Shown here one piece after another: positions 48,201 to 60,289 of a DNA stretch of 64,000 nucleotides. The notes beneath the pieces were generated by a model. It was not told where the DNA came from, did no database searches, and saw nothing but the letters and a program-made list of their open reading frames with translations. The translations under genes were made by a program, and so were the position numbers. Every line of letters begins with the position of its first letter. Position 1 is the first letter of the stretch. Source of the stretch: Squalus acanthias (lineage: Eukaryota); the NCBI GenBank assembly GCA_030390025.1, contig JASTWF010000356.1, positions 62,001 to 126,000 on the forward strand. The letters are read 5' to 3'.

Positions 48201-49560
48201 ATACCATAAAAACGCTACAGAATTACTGGAGAAAGTGCGAAAAATATTGACAAGTATAAATTGCATTTATATAGCGTCTTCAATGTAGTGAAACATCCCA
48301 ACGCGCTTCATAGGACGTTATGAAACATAACTTGACACCAAGCCACATAAGGAGATATTAGGAAAGATGGCCAAAATATTGTTCAAATAGGTAAGTTTTA
48401 AAGAGCATGATAAAAGGAGGAGCGAGAGTTTGAGAGGCAGAGAGGTTTAGGGAGGAGATCCCAGAGCTTCGGACCCAGGCAGCTGAAGGCACGGCCACCA
48501 ATGGTGCAGCGGTTAAAATCGGGCCTGTGCAGGATGCCGGATTTGGAGGAGGCCAGAGATACCGTGGGGGCGGGTGGGGGGGTTGTCTTAGAGCTGGTGG
48601 AGGTTATAGAGATAGGGAGGCCATGTAAAGATTTGAAAACAAGCAAGATAATTTTAAAATTGAGGCTTTGCCGGAATGGGAGCCAATGTAGGTCAGCGAG
48701 CACAGGGGTGGTGTGTGAACGGCTCTAGGTGTGAGTTAGGACACGGGCAGCGGATTTTTGGAATAGCTGAAGTTTATGGACGGTGGGAGATGGGATGCTG
48801 GCCAGAAGAGCGTTGAAGTAGTCAAGTCTGGAGCGAGCAAAAGTGTTGGATGAATGTTTGATGAACAGATGAACTGGGGCAGGTGTGGAGTTAAGCGATA
48901 TTACGGAGGCGGAAGTAGGCTGCCCTGGTGATGGATTGGATATATGGTCGGAAAATTACCCTGCGGTCAAATGCCACACCAAGGTTGCGAATGGTTTGGT
49001 TTTACATTAGAATGCTGCCAGGGACAGGGATGGATTCGGTGGCTAGACAACGGAGTTTGTGGCGTGAGCCAATGGCTTCGATCTTACAAATACTTCGTTG
49101 GACGGCACCAGAACTGAGAGTTTACAGCCACCAGAAAGATTGAACAGGTTGGGTTTTTCGGCTTCAGAAGAAAGTCGACATAGAGAAGGCCTGATAGAGG
49201 TTTTGCAAATTATAAATATTTTGAACAATTGATGTGGACAGAATGTTTACACTTGTGGTAGAATCCAAAACTAGTCGGCCATAAATGTAAGAAATAGACT
49301 AATAAATGCAATAATGAAATAAGGAGCAATTTCATTTCTCAGAGAGTGTTTAGAATGTGGAATTAATTACCATAGGGAGTGGTTGAGGCAAATAGCTTAG
49401 ATGCTATCAAAGGGAAATTAGACGAGTACACGAGAGAAAAGGGAATAGAAAGAAATGCTGAGAGGCTGAGATGAGGCAGTAGCAATGGGAGGAGGCTCGT
49501 GCAGAGCAAAGTCCAGTTGGGCCGAATGTTTTTTTTGCTGTATATTCGATGTAATGTAAT
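45230..49560 (+). mobile_element. Cluster of old CR1 3' fragments with an inserted minus-strand L2-like piece (about 48260-49075)
   Basis: Repeated RT/C-terminal motifs (GVPQGSVLG, HLEYC..FWSP, WNALP); LADLHWLP on the minus strand. Confidence 0.75.
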
Positions 49561-49888
49561 CCTCTGAACGGCAGCTCGGCTCTGTCTGTCTGCCTATTGA
49601 CGGGGCTCTTACTCTGGAAGCTGCAAATGAATTGCTGCACTCAATAGCTGAAGTGACTCTTTACAGAAGAGCTCGGACAGAATACAACAAACTAGTAATC
49701 CTGTCCCGAAAGACAATGTGGGAACTGTCAGTCAGATATAGTGCCGTGTCCTAAACAGAGTGTTTGCCCCGCCGCTGGTTGTATTTTCAGATCACCAGCG
49801 GTTCCTGATGTAATTCAGTTGCTGGACGTCTGGGGCTAAATATTAATTTCATGGACCGGAAACACTGGGACCCGCCTTTGGGCTGTGC

Positions 49889-50793
49889 TCAGTTGTTCTG
49901 ATTCTTAATTAATTGAATAATTGAGGTAACCGGATATTTCACCGCACTCTTGAACTGCTCTCTGAACTTGGACTGGGTCACCCCATAAATAAATGTGTTT
50001 GTGCAGCAACTTAAACACCGCAGGATAGAGCCGACTTGCTGAAATATAGCGAAAGAGCCATTGATATTATCTATTCCTACAATGCTATAATAACAGAAAT
50101 CTATAATATGTGCCAACCACAGAAGTACGAAGCTGCCAGATATGGCGAAGAGTAAAATCACAGACTTTCTTCTGCTCTCCATCTCTGGGTCACTGCGATT
50201 CTCTCCCTTGCTCTGACCCCTCAGTCCCTTACGGACACGACTGGCCACTAAAATGTGTCTGACTGTCAGAGCGTTGAGCAACAAAATTAAAGGGAATGGA
50301 AGCATTGGGGTTAAAACTGAATTAAACCAGTCAAATCCCACCCATCCTGGCTCAGTATAGTAGCTTGGCTTGACAGTACACAACCACGGTACACTGTCGA
50401 TTATCCTTCTAGGGTTGAGTGTAAAGTAGAACGGGACGTTTTTTAAACAGAGCAGAATGCAACTTGTTGCTAGAACCACAGCTGCAGTTTTCTCGGTGCA
50501 ATATTTTGTTTTCAGCTTTTGGCAGCAAATGGCCACAAATCGATAAAAGGTGAAAGTGACGGTGAACCACACAGAACAATCTGCGGCTGCCGCAGACAGG
50601 ACAAGGGTAACACTACACACAGGGGTGATGTCCAGGATAGACCCCGGGAAATAATAAAAACTGATCTTCTTCAGTATGACCTCAGTGATAATGAACAGTA
50701 GATCCGCCGCTGCCATGGCAACCAGGTAGCGAGTGGTGCAGCTGGAGAGCCCGCACTTTCCCCGGGACAGGATCAAAATCGCCACTAAAATAA
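49889..50793 (-). CDS. Exon 2 of GPR139-like GPCR gene B (323 aa with exon 1)
   Basis: Acceptor ...tttgaacAG at 50795-50794; LSRGKCGLS, MAAADL, TFYRF, LPF, DPEMESRRKS, NTFIY, helix 8 KFREQF; open to the stop. Confidence 0.9.
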
Positions 50794-50868
50794 CTGTTCA
50801 AAAACAGAAGGGAACAGAGACTGGAAATTACTGATCATACATTCTCCGTGTCTGAGCCCAGACAGTAA

Positions 50869-51670
50869 GGGCTGGATTTTGGCTCTCCAAAATCTGTTGT
50901 GTTAGGATTGGGTCAGAGATTAACATTTTAAAAATCTCATCATCAACCCAACTTGTCTCCAACCTGCCCACTTCCGATTGTAACGGAGACGGGACGGTGG
51001 CGCGGGAGTTTGGAGGGAGGAGGGGGACTCCCATGAGGCGGGGTGGAAATGTAATTATTTTAATGAGACTGGCAGCCTCTAATTTAACATGTTTTACAGG
51101 ATTAACAGTGGCCGGCCTGGTTTTCCAGTACTCGGGAATCCCAGCAGCTGAGGAGAGGCGAGGAGAGTTTTAATGCATTCACAACACTGCTTGTAGACCA
51201 GGAGGAGCAGCAGTGCTTCCCCCCGGCCTCCCAATCTCCCCACCCCGTGGAGCCCAACCCCGTAAAAAGATACAGGAGTCGGAGATCGTAATCCATCGTG
51301 TCGAGGATAGGACACCGCCTCCCGGATCGGAAAGCCGTCCAGGATCGGACACCACACAAGGGATCAAATAAATTTTGAGATCGAACATATCCCGCCGCTG
51401 TCGGGGTTCAGATCCAACCCACAACGCCCAGAATTGGACAACACCTCCTGTCCAGGAAATCCCTCACCCCGGAATCAGACACCACCCGTGGTCGGGAATC
51501 GTTACTCCCCCCGGTCCGGGGTCAACCCCTCCCGGGCTAGGACACTCCGTCCCGTATTCGGGGATTGGAACCAACCCCAGGGTCGCAAAAACAACCCCAT
51601 CCCAGGGATGTCAAACCATATCCCTTCCGCTGTGATTTTGACGCCAGCTCAGGTTTACTGAAATCTCGCC
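50869..51670. mobile_element. GC-rich MITE-like insertion in the gene B intron
   Basis: Weak TIRs gggctggatttt / gaaatctcgcc; abrupt GC/CpG-rich block about 75 bp from the splice acceptor. Confidence 0.45.
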
Positions 51671-51779
51671 AAAGATAGGCGGACGGACATGGCCAGAAAC
51701 ATTAATGGGCATCTGGAGCACAGCTCCGACCTCAGAAGGAAGGAACTCAGACGTGTTGTGGGACATTAGGTGTAGCATG

Positions 51780-53150
51780 AAACGCTAGATGCGGATTCAG
51801 AGCCTGAATAAGATAGAGAGATTGGTGAAATGCGGAATTAAACTCTGTCAAATAACAATTGAATATTTTCATCAAACAACTTCAAGATATTGATTTTAGA
51901 AATGGGGGAGATAATTTATAAAGCAATCAAAGAGAGGATAAGACATTTGGTTCGGATGGATTGCATCCACGCAAACTAATAAAGATAAGGAAGAGATAAC
52001 AGAGGCACTATTATATATTGATAAAAAGCCATAGAAAAGGGAATAGTGCCAGAGGACTGGCGGACAGCTGATGTTATTGCTGTATTTAAAACGGAAGATT
52101 GAAAAAGTCCAAGGACCTGTAGGGCAGTTAGCATAACGTTGGTGATAGGAATTATAATGGAATCCTCACTCCAATATAATAGAAAAAAATATAAAAACAC
52201 AAAATATATTAAAGGGTAGTCAGAACGCATTCCAAAAAGGAATGTCATGCTTGACCAAACTTCGTAAATTCTTTGAGTAAGTATCAGTAAATGTAGATAA
52301 GGGTAACTTGATAGATGTAATATACTTTGATTTTCGAAAACCCTTCGATCAGTTGCAGACCTCGATAAGTCCCATTGCAGACTCATGACTAATCTCAGAG
52401 CAAGTTCAGCAAAGGGACAAACAGCAGAATGGATAGCAGGCTCGCTATAAAAACAGAACACACAGAGTAGGTGATGAAGGTATTTACTCAGATTAGCGGA
52501 AGGTGAGAACTGGTCTTTGACAAGGACTGGCGCTGGGACCACAGTTGTTCAACATTTACATAACCGATATGGACTCGGGAAGCTGAAGCACAATTTCAAC
52601 ATTTGCCGGCGAATCCAATTGGGGAGTACAGTTAATACAGTGAAAGTATGCAACAAAATACCTCAAGACATTAATAAACTTGCAAAATGGGCGTTTAAAT
52701 GGTATATTAATGTCAATGTAGCTGAGTGTGAGGTGCTGAATTTTGTTATGAAGAATGAGGTTCTCAGATATACCTTGGAAAAAAAGAGTATGAATGGGGT
52801 AGAGTGAAATGGGTTTTCGGGCTACAGTCTCACAAATCATTTAAAGTAGCAAGGCAGGTTAACAAGGCCATCAAATGCAGACACAGCACTGGGGCACATT
52901 TCTAGAGGAATGAAATCGAAAAGCAAAGAGGTTATGTTAAAATTGTCAAACCCTGGTAATACCAAACTTAGCATACTGTGTAGAGTTCAGGACTCCATAT
53001 TACAAAATGGATATCCAGGCACTGCGGAAGGACCAAATATTTTACAAGGATGATACCAGAACTGAGAGATTATAATGTCAGTAAACATTGAACATGCTGC
53101 GGCTCTTTTCTCTGGAGTAGAGAAGGCTGAGGGGTGAACGAATACAGGCC
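51780..53150 (+). mobile_element. Old CR1 ORF2 fragment
   Basis: VPEDWRTADV, KLAKWA.KW, heavily degraded. Confidence 0.7.
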
Positions 53151-53346
53151 TAGGAAACAGTACAACATCAATGCATTTCACTTTCTACGCTGAGAACCAA
53201 AGATCTTCAACCAACAGCAAAAAACAGCGCTCCGAAAACTTCTGATTTCAAATAATGCTGTTGGAGTTTTACCTGGTGTTGTGCGACTTCTCACTTTTGT
53301 CCACCCCAGTCCAACACCGGCATCTGCACATCATTCTTCCATATCA

Positions 53347-54602
53347 GTTAATGACCCACACTCAGTGCAATTCTACAGTGACAGATACCCCCAGTAATAC
53401 AAGATCACTGGGGACAGCTGTTCCACTCCCGTTCGTGACCAACACACAGTGCAATTCTACATGTACAGATACTCCCAGTAATACATGGACGCTGGGGTCA
53501 GGTGATCCTCTCCGGTTAGTGACCCACACACAGTGCAATTCTACAGTGACAGATACTCCCAGTAATAAATATCACTGGCGTCAGGTGTTGCACTCCGGTT
53601 AGTGACCTGCACTCAGTGTAATTCTACTGTGACAGATACTCCCAGTAATACATGGCCACTGGGGACAGGTGTTCCACTCCGGTTAGTGACCCACGCACAG
53701 TGCAGTTCTACAGTGTCAGATACTCCCAGTAATACATGGTCACTGGGTCAGGTGTTCCTCTCCGGTGATTGACCCACACTCAGTACAATACTACAGTGAC
53801 AGATACTCCCAGTAATACATGGCCACTGCGGTCAGGTGTTCCATCATGTTAGTGACATACACTCAGTACAATGCTACAGTGACAGATACTACCCGTAATA
53901 CATGGCCACTGGGGTCAGGTGTTCCACTCCGGTTAGTGACCCACACTCAGTAAATTTCTACAGTGACATATACTCCCAGTAATACATGGTCACTGGGATC
54001 AGGTGTTCCATTACGGTTAGTGACCCACACTCAGTACATTTCTACAGTGACAGATACTCCCAGTAATTCATGGCCACTGAGATCAGGTGTTCCATTCCGG
54101 TTAGTGACCCCCAGTCAGTACATTTCTACAGTGAGCGATACTCCCAGTAATACCTGGCCACTGTGGTCAGGTGTTCCACACCGGTTAGTGAACCACACTC
54201 AGTAGAATTCTACAGTGACAGATACTCCCAGTAATACCTGGCCAATGGCATCAGGTATACCATCCGGTTAGTGACCCACACTCAGGACAGTTCTACAGTG
54301 ACAGCTACTCACCGTAATACCTGGCCACTGGCGTCAGGTGTTCCACTCCGGTTAGTGACCCACACTCAGTAAAATACTACAGTGACAGATACTCCCAGTA
54401 ATACATGGTCACTGGGGTCAGATGTTCCACTACAGTTAGTGTCCCTCACTCAGTACAATTCTACAGTGACAGATACTCCCAGTAATACATGGCCACTGCG
54501 GTCAGGTGTTCACTCCGGTTAGTGACCCACACTCAGGACAGTTCTACAGTGACAGATACTCCCAGTAAAACATGGTCACTGGGGTCAGGTGTTAAACTCC
54601 GT
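53347..54602 (+). repeat. 84-bp tandem repeat, about 15 copies, in the gene B intron
   Basis: Unit gttagtgacccacactcagtacaattctacagtgacagatactcccagtaatacatggccactggggtcaggtgttccactccg. Confidence 0.95.
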
Positions 54603-54883
54603 CTAATACCTTCTCTGAGTGAGTTGCCCGCACTGAGCACTGATTCAACAGTAAACGATATTCCATTAAATGAAATAACTTGATAATTCTGTGAGCTGTG
54701 AGTTACAAACAGAAGTTTATATTCAGTTGTGACATTTCAGGACATTAACGAAATTATATCACTGATCGGGTGTCTGTATAACAGGGACCATGAAACCCAC
54801 ATTTAACATTATCAGTCACAGAGTAAAACCAGAGACCAGCTCACACACAGATTTACACAACTTCAATGGTTATAGTCACTCAC

Positions 54884-54950
54884 CAGGAACACCAATGACA
54901 GCAAGGATCGTGTAGTATATTTTCTGGACATGTTGAATTGGCAGAAGCAT
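54884..54950 (-). CDS. Exon 1 of GPR139-like GPCR gene B (MLLPIQHVQKIYYTILAVIGVP)
   Basis: ATG at 54950, 67 nt, phase-1 donor CCTG|GTGAGT; same length and ILAVIGVP ending as gene A exon 1. Confidence 0.88.
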
Positions 54951-55027
54951 TTTCTGTGTGAAGTGATGCCGGCAATCTTTCCGAATTCTACTCTGAGATG
55001 ATACATTCCCAGAGACTTTACTTTATA
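54951..55027 (-). promoter_or_regulatory. TATA box and 5'UTR of GPCR gene B
   Basis: TATAAA at 55027-55022, then ctctgggaatgtat and ttcacacagaaa-ATG, as in gene A. Confidence 0.7.
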
Positions 55028-55439
55028 CCCTGCGGGATCTCCATGGCGACATTGAGGTTGAAACATCGTTCAAAATAGATATTTTTAAAATTTGAACCAA
55101 CAAATTACGACAGCAGTGTTAATTCCCTGTTGTGATAGAATATATTTAGTGCTGGGATTGAAATTGAAAACCCCAAAGACTGGAGAATTCTGATCATATT
55201 AATTAGCTAATGGCAATTGCCAGCTGTATTCTCCCAGCAATGGGGTTGTCGTTTCAAACACCATCATGCCCATCTCTAGATCTCATATTGTTTCGGTGAT
55301 ATCCTTTACTCTGCTATTACCATTCAGGAATTAAATTCCAATTGTTAGAGTTTCCACTCAGGGCTGCTCTGCTGCAGTCTGGGGTGTGGCTGCCCACTTT
55401 ACCTGTGGCCATTGAGTTAATCAATTAAAGTAGGGAATT

Positions 55440-55935
55440 TGTGTCGATGGACCGTCAAACAAATATACTCCCTCAAACTAATGAAAGTATAAAAGCTAAT
55501 AAAACTAATCAAAGTAAAGCAGCCCCTCAAACAAATACAGATCATTAAACTAATACAGCCCCTGAAACTAATACAACAACTCAAACTAATACAGACCCTA
55601 AACCTAATGCAGCCCCTCAACATAATGCAGCCCCTCAAACTTATACAGCCCCTCAAACTAATACAGCCCCTCAAACTAATACAACCCCTCTAACTAATAC
55701 AGCCCCTCAAACTAATGCAGCCCCTCAAACTAATACAGCCCCTCAAACTAATACAGCCCCTCAAACTAATACAGCCCCTCAACCTAAATCAGCCCCTCAA
55801 ATTAATACAGCCCCTCAACATAATGCAGCCCCTCAAACTAATGCATCCCCTCAACTAATGCAGCCCCTCAACCTAATGCAGCCCCTCAAACTAATACAGC
55901 CCCTCCAACTAATACAGGCCCTCAAACTAATACAT
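55440..55935 (-). repeat. 18-bp satellite variant (TGTATTAGTTTGAGGGGC)n on the minus strand
   Basis: aaactaatacagcccctc units; resumes at about 60195-60297 after LINE insertions. Confidence 0.93.
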
Positions 55936-55939
55936 CGAA

Positions 55940-57135
55940 TTGGTTGAATACTGGCTTCTCTGGTGTTGGTGTCCTCCACATAAATCATCCACTATGCACT
56001 TCTGGCTGAAGATGGTTGTAAACGCTTCAGCCTTGTCTTTTGCACTCACGTGCTGAGCTCCACCATCATTGAGGATGGGGATATTCATGGAGCCCGTTAC
56101 ATGATTAATGATCCACCGCCATTGCGTTGATTGTGAGATCGCTTCGCCCTGTCTATAGCATGCTGCTTACGCTTTTTAGTATGCATGTAGTCCTGTGTGG
56201 CAGCTTCCCCAGGTTGGCACCGCATTTTTAGGTACGCTTGGCGCTGCTCCTGGCATGATCATCTGAACTTCTTACTAAACCAGGTTTGGTCCCCTGGCTT
56301 GATGGTAATGGTAAAGTGAGGGATATGCCGGGCTATGAGATTACAGATGGTGGTGGAATACAATTATGCTGCTGCTAATGGCCCACAACGCCTCATGGAT
56401 ACCCAGTTTTGAGCTGCTAGATCTGTTCTGAATCAATTCCATTTAGCACGGTAGTTGTGCCGCAGAACACGATGGAGGCTGTTCTCAGTGTGAAGACGGA
56501 ACTCCGTCTCCACAATGACTGAGCGGTGTTTGCTGCTACCAATGCTGTCAAGGACAGATGCATGTGCGACAGGTAGATTGGTGAGGACGAGGCAAAGTAG
56601 TTTTTTCCCTCATCTTCGTTTTCTTACCACCTGTCGCATGCCCAGTCTGGCAGCTATCTCCTTCAGGATTCGGCCAGCTCGATCAGTAGTGGTGCTACCG
56701 AGCCACTCCTGGTGAAGGACATTGAAGTCCACCTTTGTGTGCACTTGCTAATCTCAGTGTTCCATCCAAGTGGTGTTCAACAAGGAGGAGAACTGATTCA
56801 TCAGCTGAGGGCGTGTCGTAGGTCATAAACAGCAGGAGGTTTCCTTGCCCTTGCTTGCCTGAAGCCATGAGAATTCATTGGGGCCGGAGACAATATTGAG
56901 GATTCCCAAGGCCACTCCAACCCACTGTATACCACTGTGCCGCCACCCCTTGTGGTTCTGTCCTGGCTGAGGGGCAGCACATATCCAGGGAGGGTGATGG
57001 AAGAGTTCGGGAAATTGGCTGAAAGGTATGATTCTGTGAGTATGACTATCTCAGCCTGTTGCTTGAATTGTCTTTGGGACAGCTCTCCCAATTTTGCCAC
57101 CAGTCCCCGGAGTTTGGTGAGTTGGACTTTGCAGG
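55940..57135 (-). mobile_element. LINE endonuclease region fragment
   Basis: KLGELSQR...IVILTESYL...LPGYV...DRTTRGGGTVVY. Confidence 0.7.
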
Positions 57136-57224
57136 GTGGACTGGGTTTGGTGTCCGTCGCCAGTGGTGCGGTTGATGCCGGATCGTCCCGTCGATACCGG
57201 GTGGTCCGTCCGGAATTAATGTTA

Positions 57225-57565
57225 TTGCCTTTCGTAGCAGTTTTTACAACTCAGTGGCTCGCTAGGCCATTTATAGGGCAGTTATGAGTAAAGCACATTG
57301 CTTTTGGGCTGGACTCACATATAGGCAGATCAGGTAAGGACGGCAGATTTACTTCCCGAACGGACAGTAGTGATGGATTTTTACAACAATCCGATAGTTT
57401 CATGGTCACCATTACCGATACTAACTGTTTATTCCAAATTTATTTAAATAAAATAATATAAATTCCGCAGCTGCCGTGGTGGGATTTGAAATGACATCGC
57501 CAGATAATTAGTCCAGGCCTCCAGATTACTAGTCCAGTAAAATAACTACTATGCTGCCGTTCCCA
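57225..57565 (-). mobile_element. tRNA-derived SINE
   Basis: Minus-strand head gcagcatagtagt...actggactagtaatc...ttcaaatcccacc with A/B-box-like motifs. Confidence 0.55.
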
Positions 57566-57767
57566 GACAATGACTATGTCCAAAAAGTGAGCGTCTAAAC
57601 ACGGGCCCTTGATATTTAGAAGCATTACTATCACCGAATCCCCCACCTTCAATATCCTTGGGGTTATCATTGACCAGAAACTTAACTGGATTAGCCACAT
57701 AAATATTATGGCCACAAGAGAAGGTGAGAGGCTGGGTATTCTGTAGCGTGTGACACGCCTGCTTAAA

Positions 57768-59640
57768 CATAGACAAATAGAAACATAGAAGATAGGAGCA
57801 GGAGTAGGCCATTCGGCCCCTCGAGCCTGATCCGCCATTGGATGAGATCATGGCTGATCATCCAAACTCAGTACCCTGTACCTGCCTTCTCCCCATATCC
57901 CTTGATACCTTTAGCTTTAAGAAATATTTCTAACTCATTATTGAATATATTTAATGACTTGTCCTCAACTACCTTCTGTGGTAGATAATTCCACAGGTTC
58001 ACTACTCTCTGGTTGAAGAAATTCTTCCTCATTTCTGTCCTAAATGGCTTACCCCTTATCCTTAGATTATGACCCCTGGTTTTGGTTCTCTGACCATCGG
58101 GGACATTCTTCCTGCATCTAGTTTGTTCAGACCTGGCAGTATTTTATATGTTTCGATGAGATCCCCTCTCATTCTTCTATACTTCAGTGAGTATAAACCC
58201 AATCGACCCAATCTCTCCTCATATGTCATTCCTGCCATCCCAGGTATCAGCCTTGTGAATCTTCGCTGAACTCCGTCCATGGCAAGAACATCCTTCCTCA
58301 GATAAGGCGACCAAAACTGCACACAGTACAAAAGGTGTGGTCACACCAAGGCTCTGTACAACTGCAGCAGGACATCCCTGTTCCTATACTCAAACCATTG
58401 GAGTCCAACATACCTTGTGCCTTCTTCACCGCCTGCTGCACCTGCATGCTTACCTTCAGCGACTGGTGCACAAGGACACCCAGGTCTCGTTGCACTTCCA
58501 CTTCTCCCAATCTATTGCCATTCAGATAATAGTCTGCCTTTCTGTTTTTGACAGCAAAGAGGATAACATCGCATTTATCCACATTATATTGCATCTGCCA
58601 CGCTTCTGCCCACTCACCCAACCTGTCCAAATCATCTTGGCTTTTCTCGGTATCCTCCTCACAGCACACACGCCCACCCAGCTTTGTGTCATCTGCAAAC
58701 TTGGAGATATTACATTTAGTTCCCTTATCTAGATCATTAATGTATATTGTGAATAGCTGGCATCCAAGGACCGATCCCTGCGGTACCCCACTAGTCACAA
58801 CCTGCCACTCGGAATAAGACCCATTCATTCCTACTCTTTGCTTTCTGTCCGCCAACCAGTTCTCTCTCCAAGTCAATACCTTGCCCCCAAAACCATGTGC
58901 CTTAACTTTACACACTAATCTCTTATGCGTGACCGATTCGAAATCCTATTGCAAGTCCACATACACCACATCTACTGATTCTCTCTTATCTATTTTCCCA
59001 GTTACATCCTCAAAAAATTCCAGTAGATTAGTCAAGCACGATTTACCTTTTGTAAATCCATGTTGACTTTGTCCGATCCTGTCACTGTTTTTCAAGTGCT
59101 CAGCTATTACATCCTTTATAATGGACTCTTGCATTTTCCCCACTACCGATGTCAGGCTTAACTGTCTGTAATTCCCCGCTTTCTCTCTACCACCCTTTTG
59201 GAATAGTGGGGTAACATTAGCTACCCTCCAATCCATGGGTACAGTTCCAGATTCCATCGAATGTTGGAAGATGATCAGCAATGCATCTACTATTTCTAGG
59301 GTCACTTGCTTAAGTACCCTAAGATGTAGATTATCAGGCCCTGGGGATTTATCGGCCATCAATCCCGTCAATTTCCCTAACATCATTTCCTGCAAACAAT
59401 GATTTATTTCAGTTCCTCACTTTCATCAGACCCGATGTTCTCCAACATCTCTGGGAGGTTATTTGTGTCTTCCTTTGTGAAGACAGAACCAAAATATTCA
59501 TTTAATTGGCCTGCCATTTCTTTGACCTCCATTATAACTTTCCCAGCTTCTGACTGCAAGGGACCTACACTTGATTTCACTAATCTTTTTCTCTTCACAT
59601 ATCTATAAAAGCTCTTACAGTCAGTTTTTATGTTCCCTGC
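57768..59640 (-). mobile_element. 5'-truncated CR1 nested in a plus-strand LINE (57566-57767 and 59640-60180)
   Basis: GVPQGSVLG, FADDTKL, catagaa tail at the left end; closely related to 6694-8140; the host LINE resumes at ctgactccccaaagcc. Confidence 0.9.
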
Positions 59641-60289
59641 TGACTCCCCAAAGCCTTTCCACTATCTACAAGGCACATTCCAGGAGTGTGATGGAATACC
59701 ATACACTTTCCTTTATAAGTGCAGCTCCAGCAACACTCAAGCAACTCGACACCATCCAGGAAAACAGCCCGCTTGATTGGCATCCCATACACCACATTAA
59801 ACATTCACTCCCTCTTTCACGGCGTTTCGTGGCTGCTTTGATTACAATCTGCAAGATGGACAGCTACAACTCACAAAAGTTTCTTCGGCAGGACCTCCCC
59901 AGCCCGCGATCTCTTCCACCTAGAAGGACAAGGGCAGCACCACCTCCAAGTTTCCCTCGACGTCGCACACCATCCTAACTTAGAAGTATAGAACGGTTCT
60001 TTAATCGTCGCTGGGTGAAAATCCTGGAACTCCCTCACGAACGGCACAGTGGGAATACCTTTACCACACGGACTGCTGCGGTTCAAGAAGGCCGCTCACC
60101 ACCACCTTCACAACGGCAAATGGGATGGGCAATGAATGCGGTCCTTGTCAGCGAAGTCCACATCCCATGCACGAATAAGTACAATACATCGACTAACACT
60201 CATATAGCACATCAAATTAATACAGCCCCTCAATCTAAAAAGTCCCGCAATCTAATAGAGCTACTCAAACTAATAAAGCACTTGAAATT

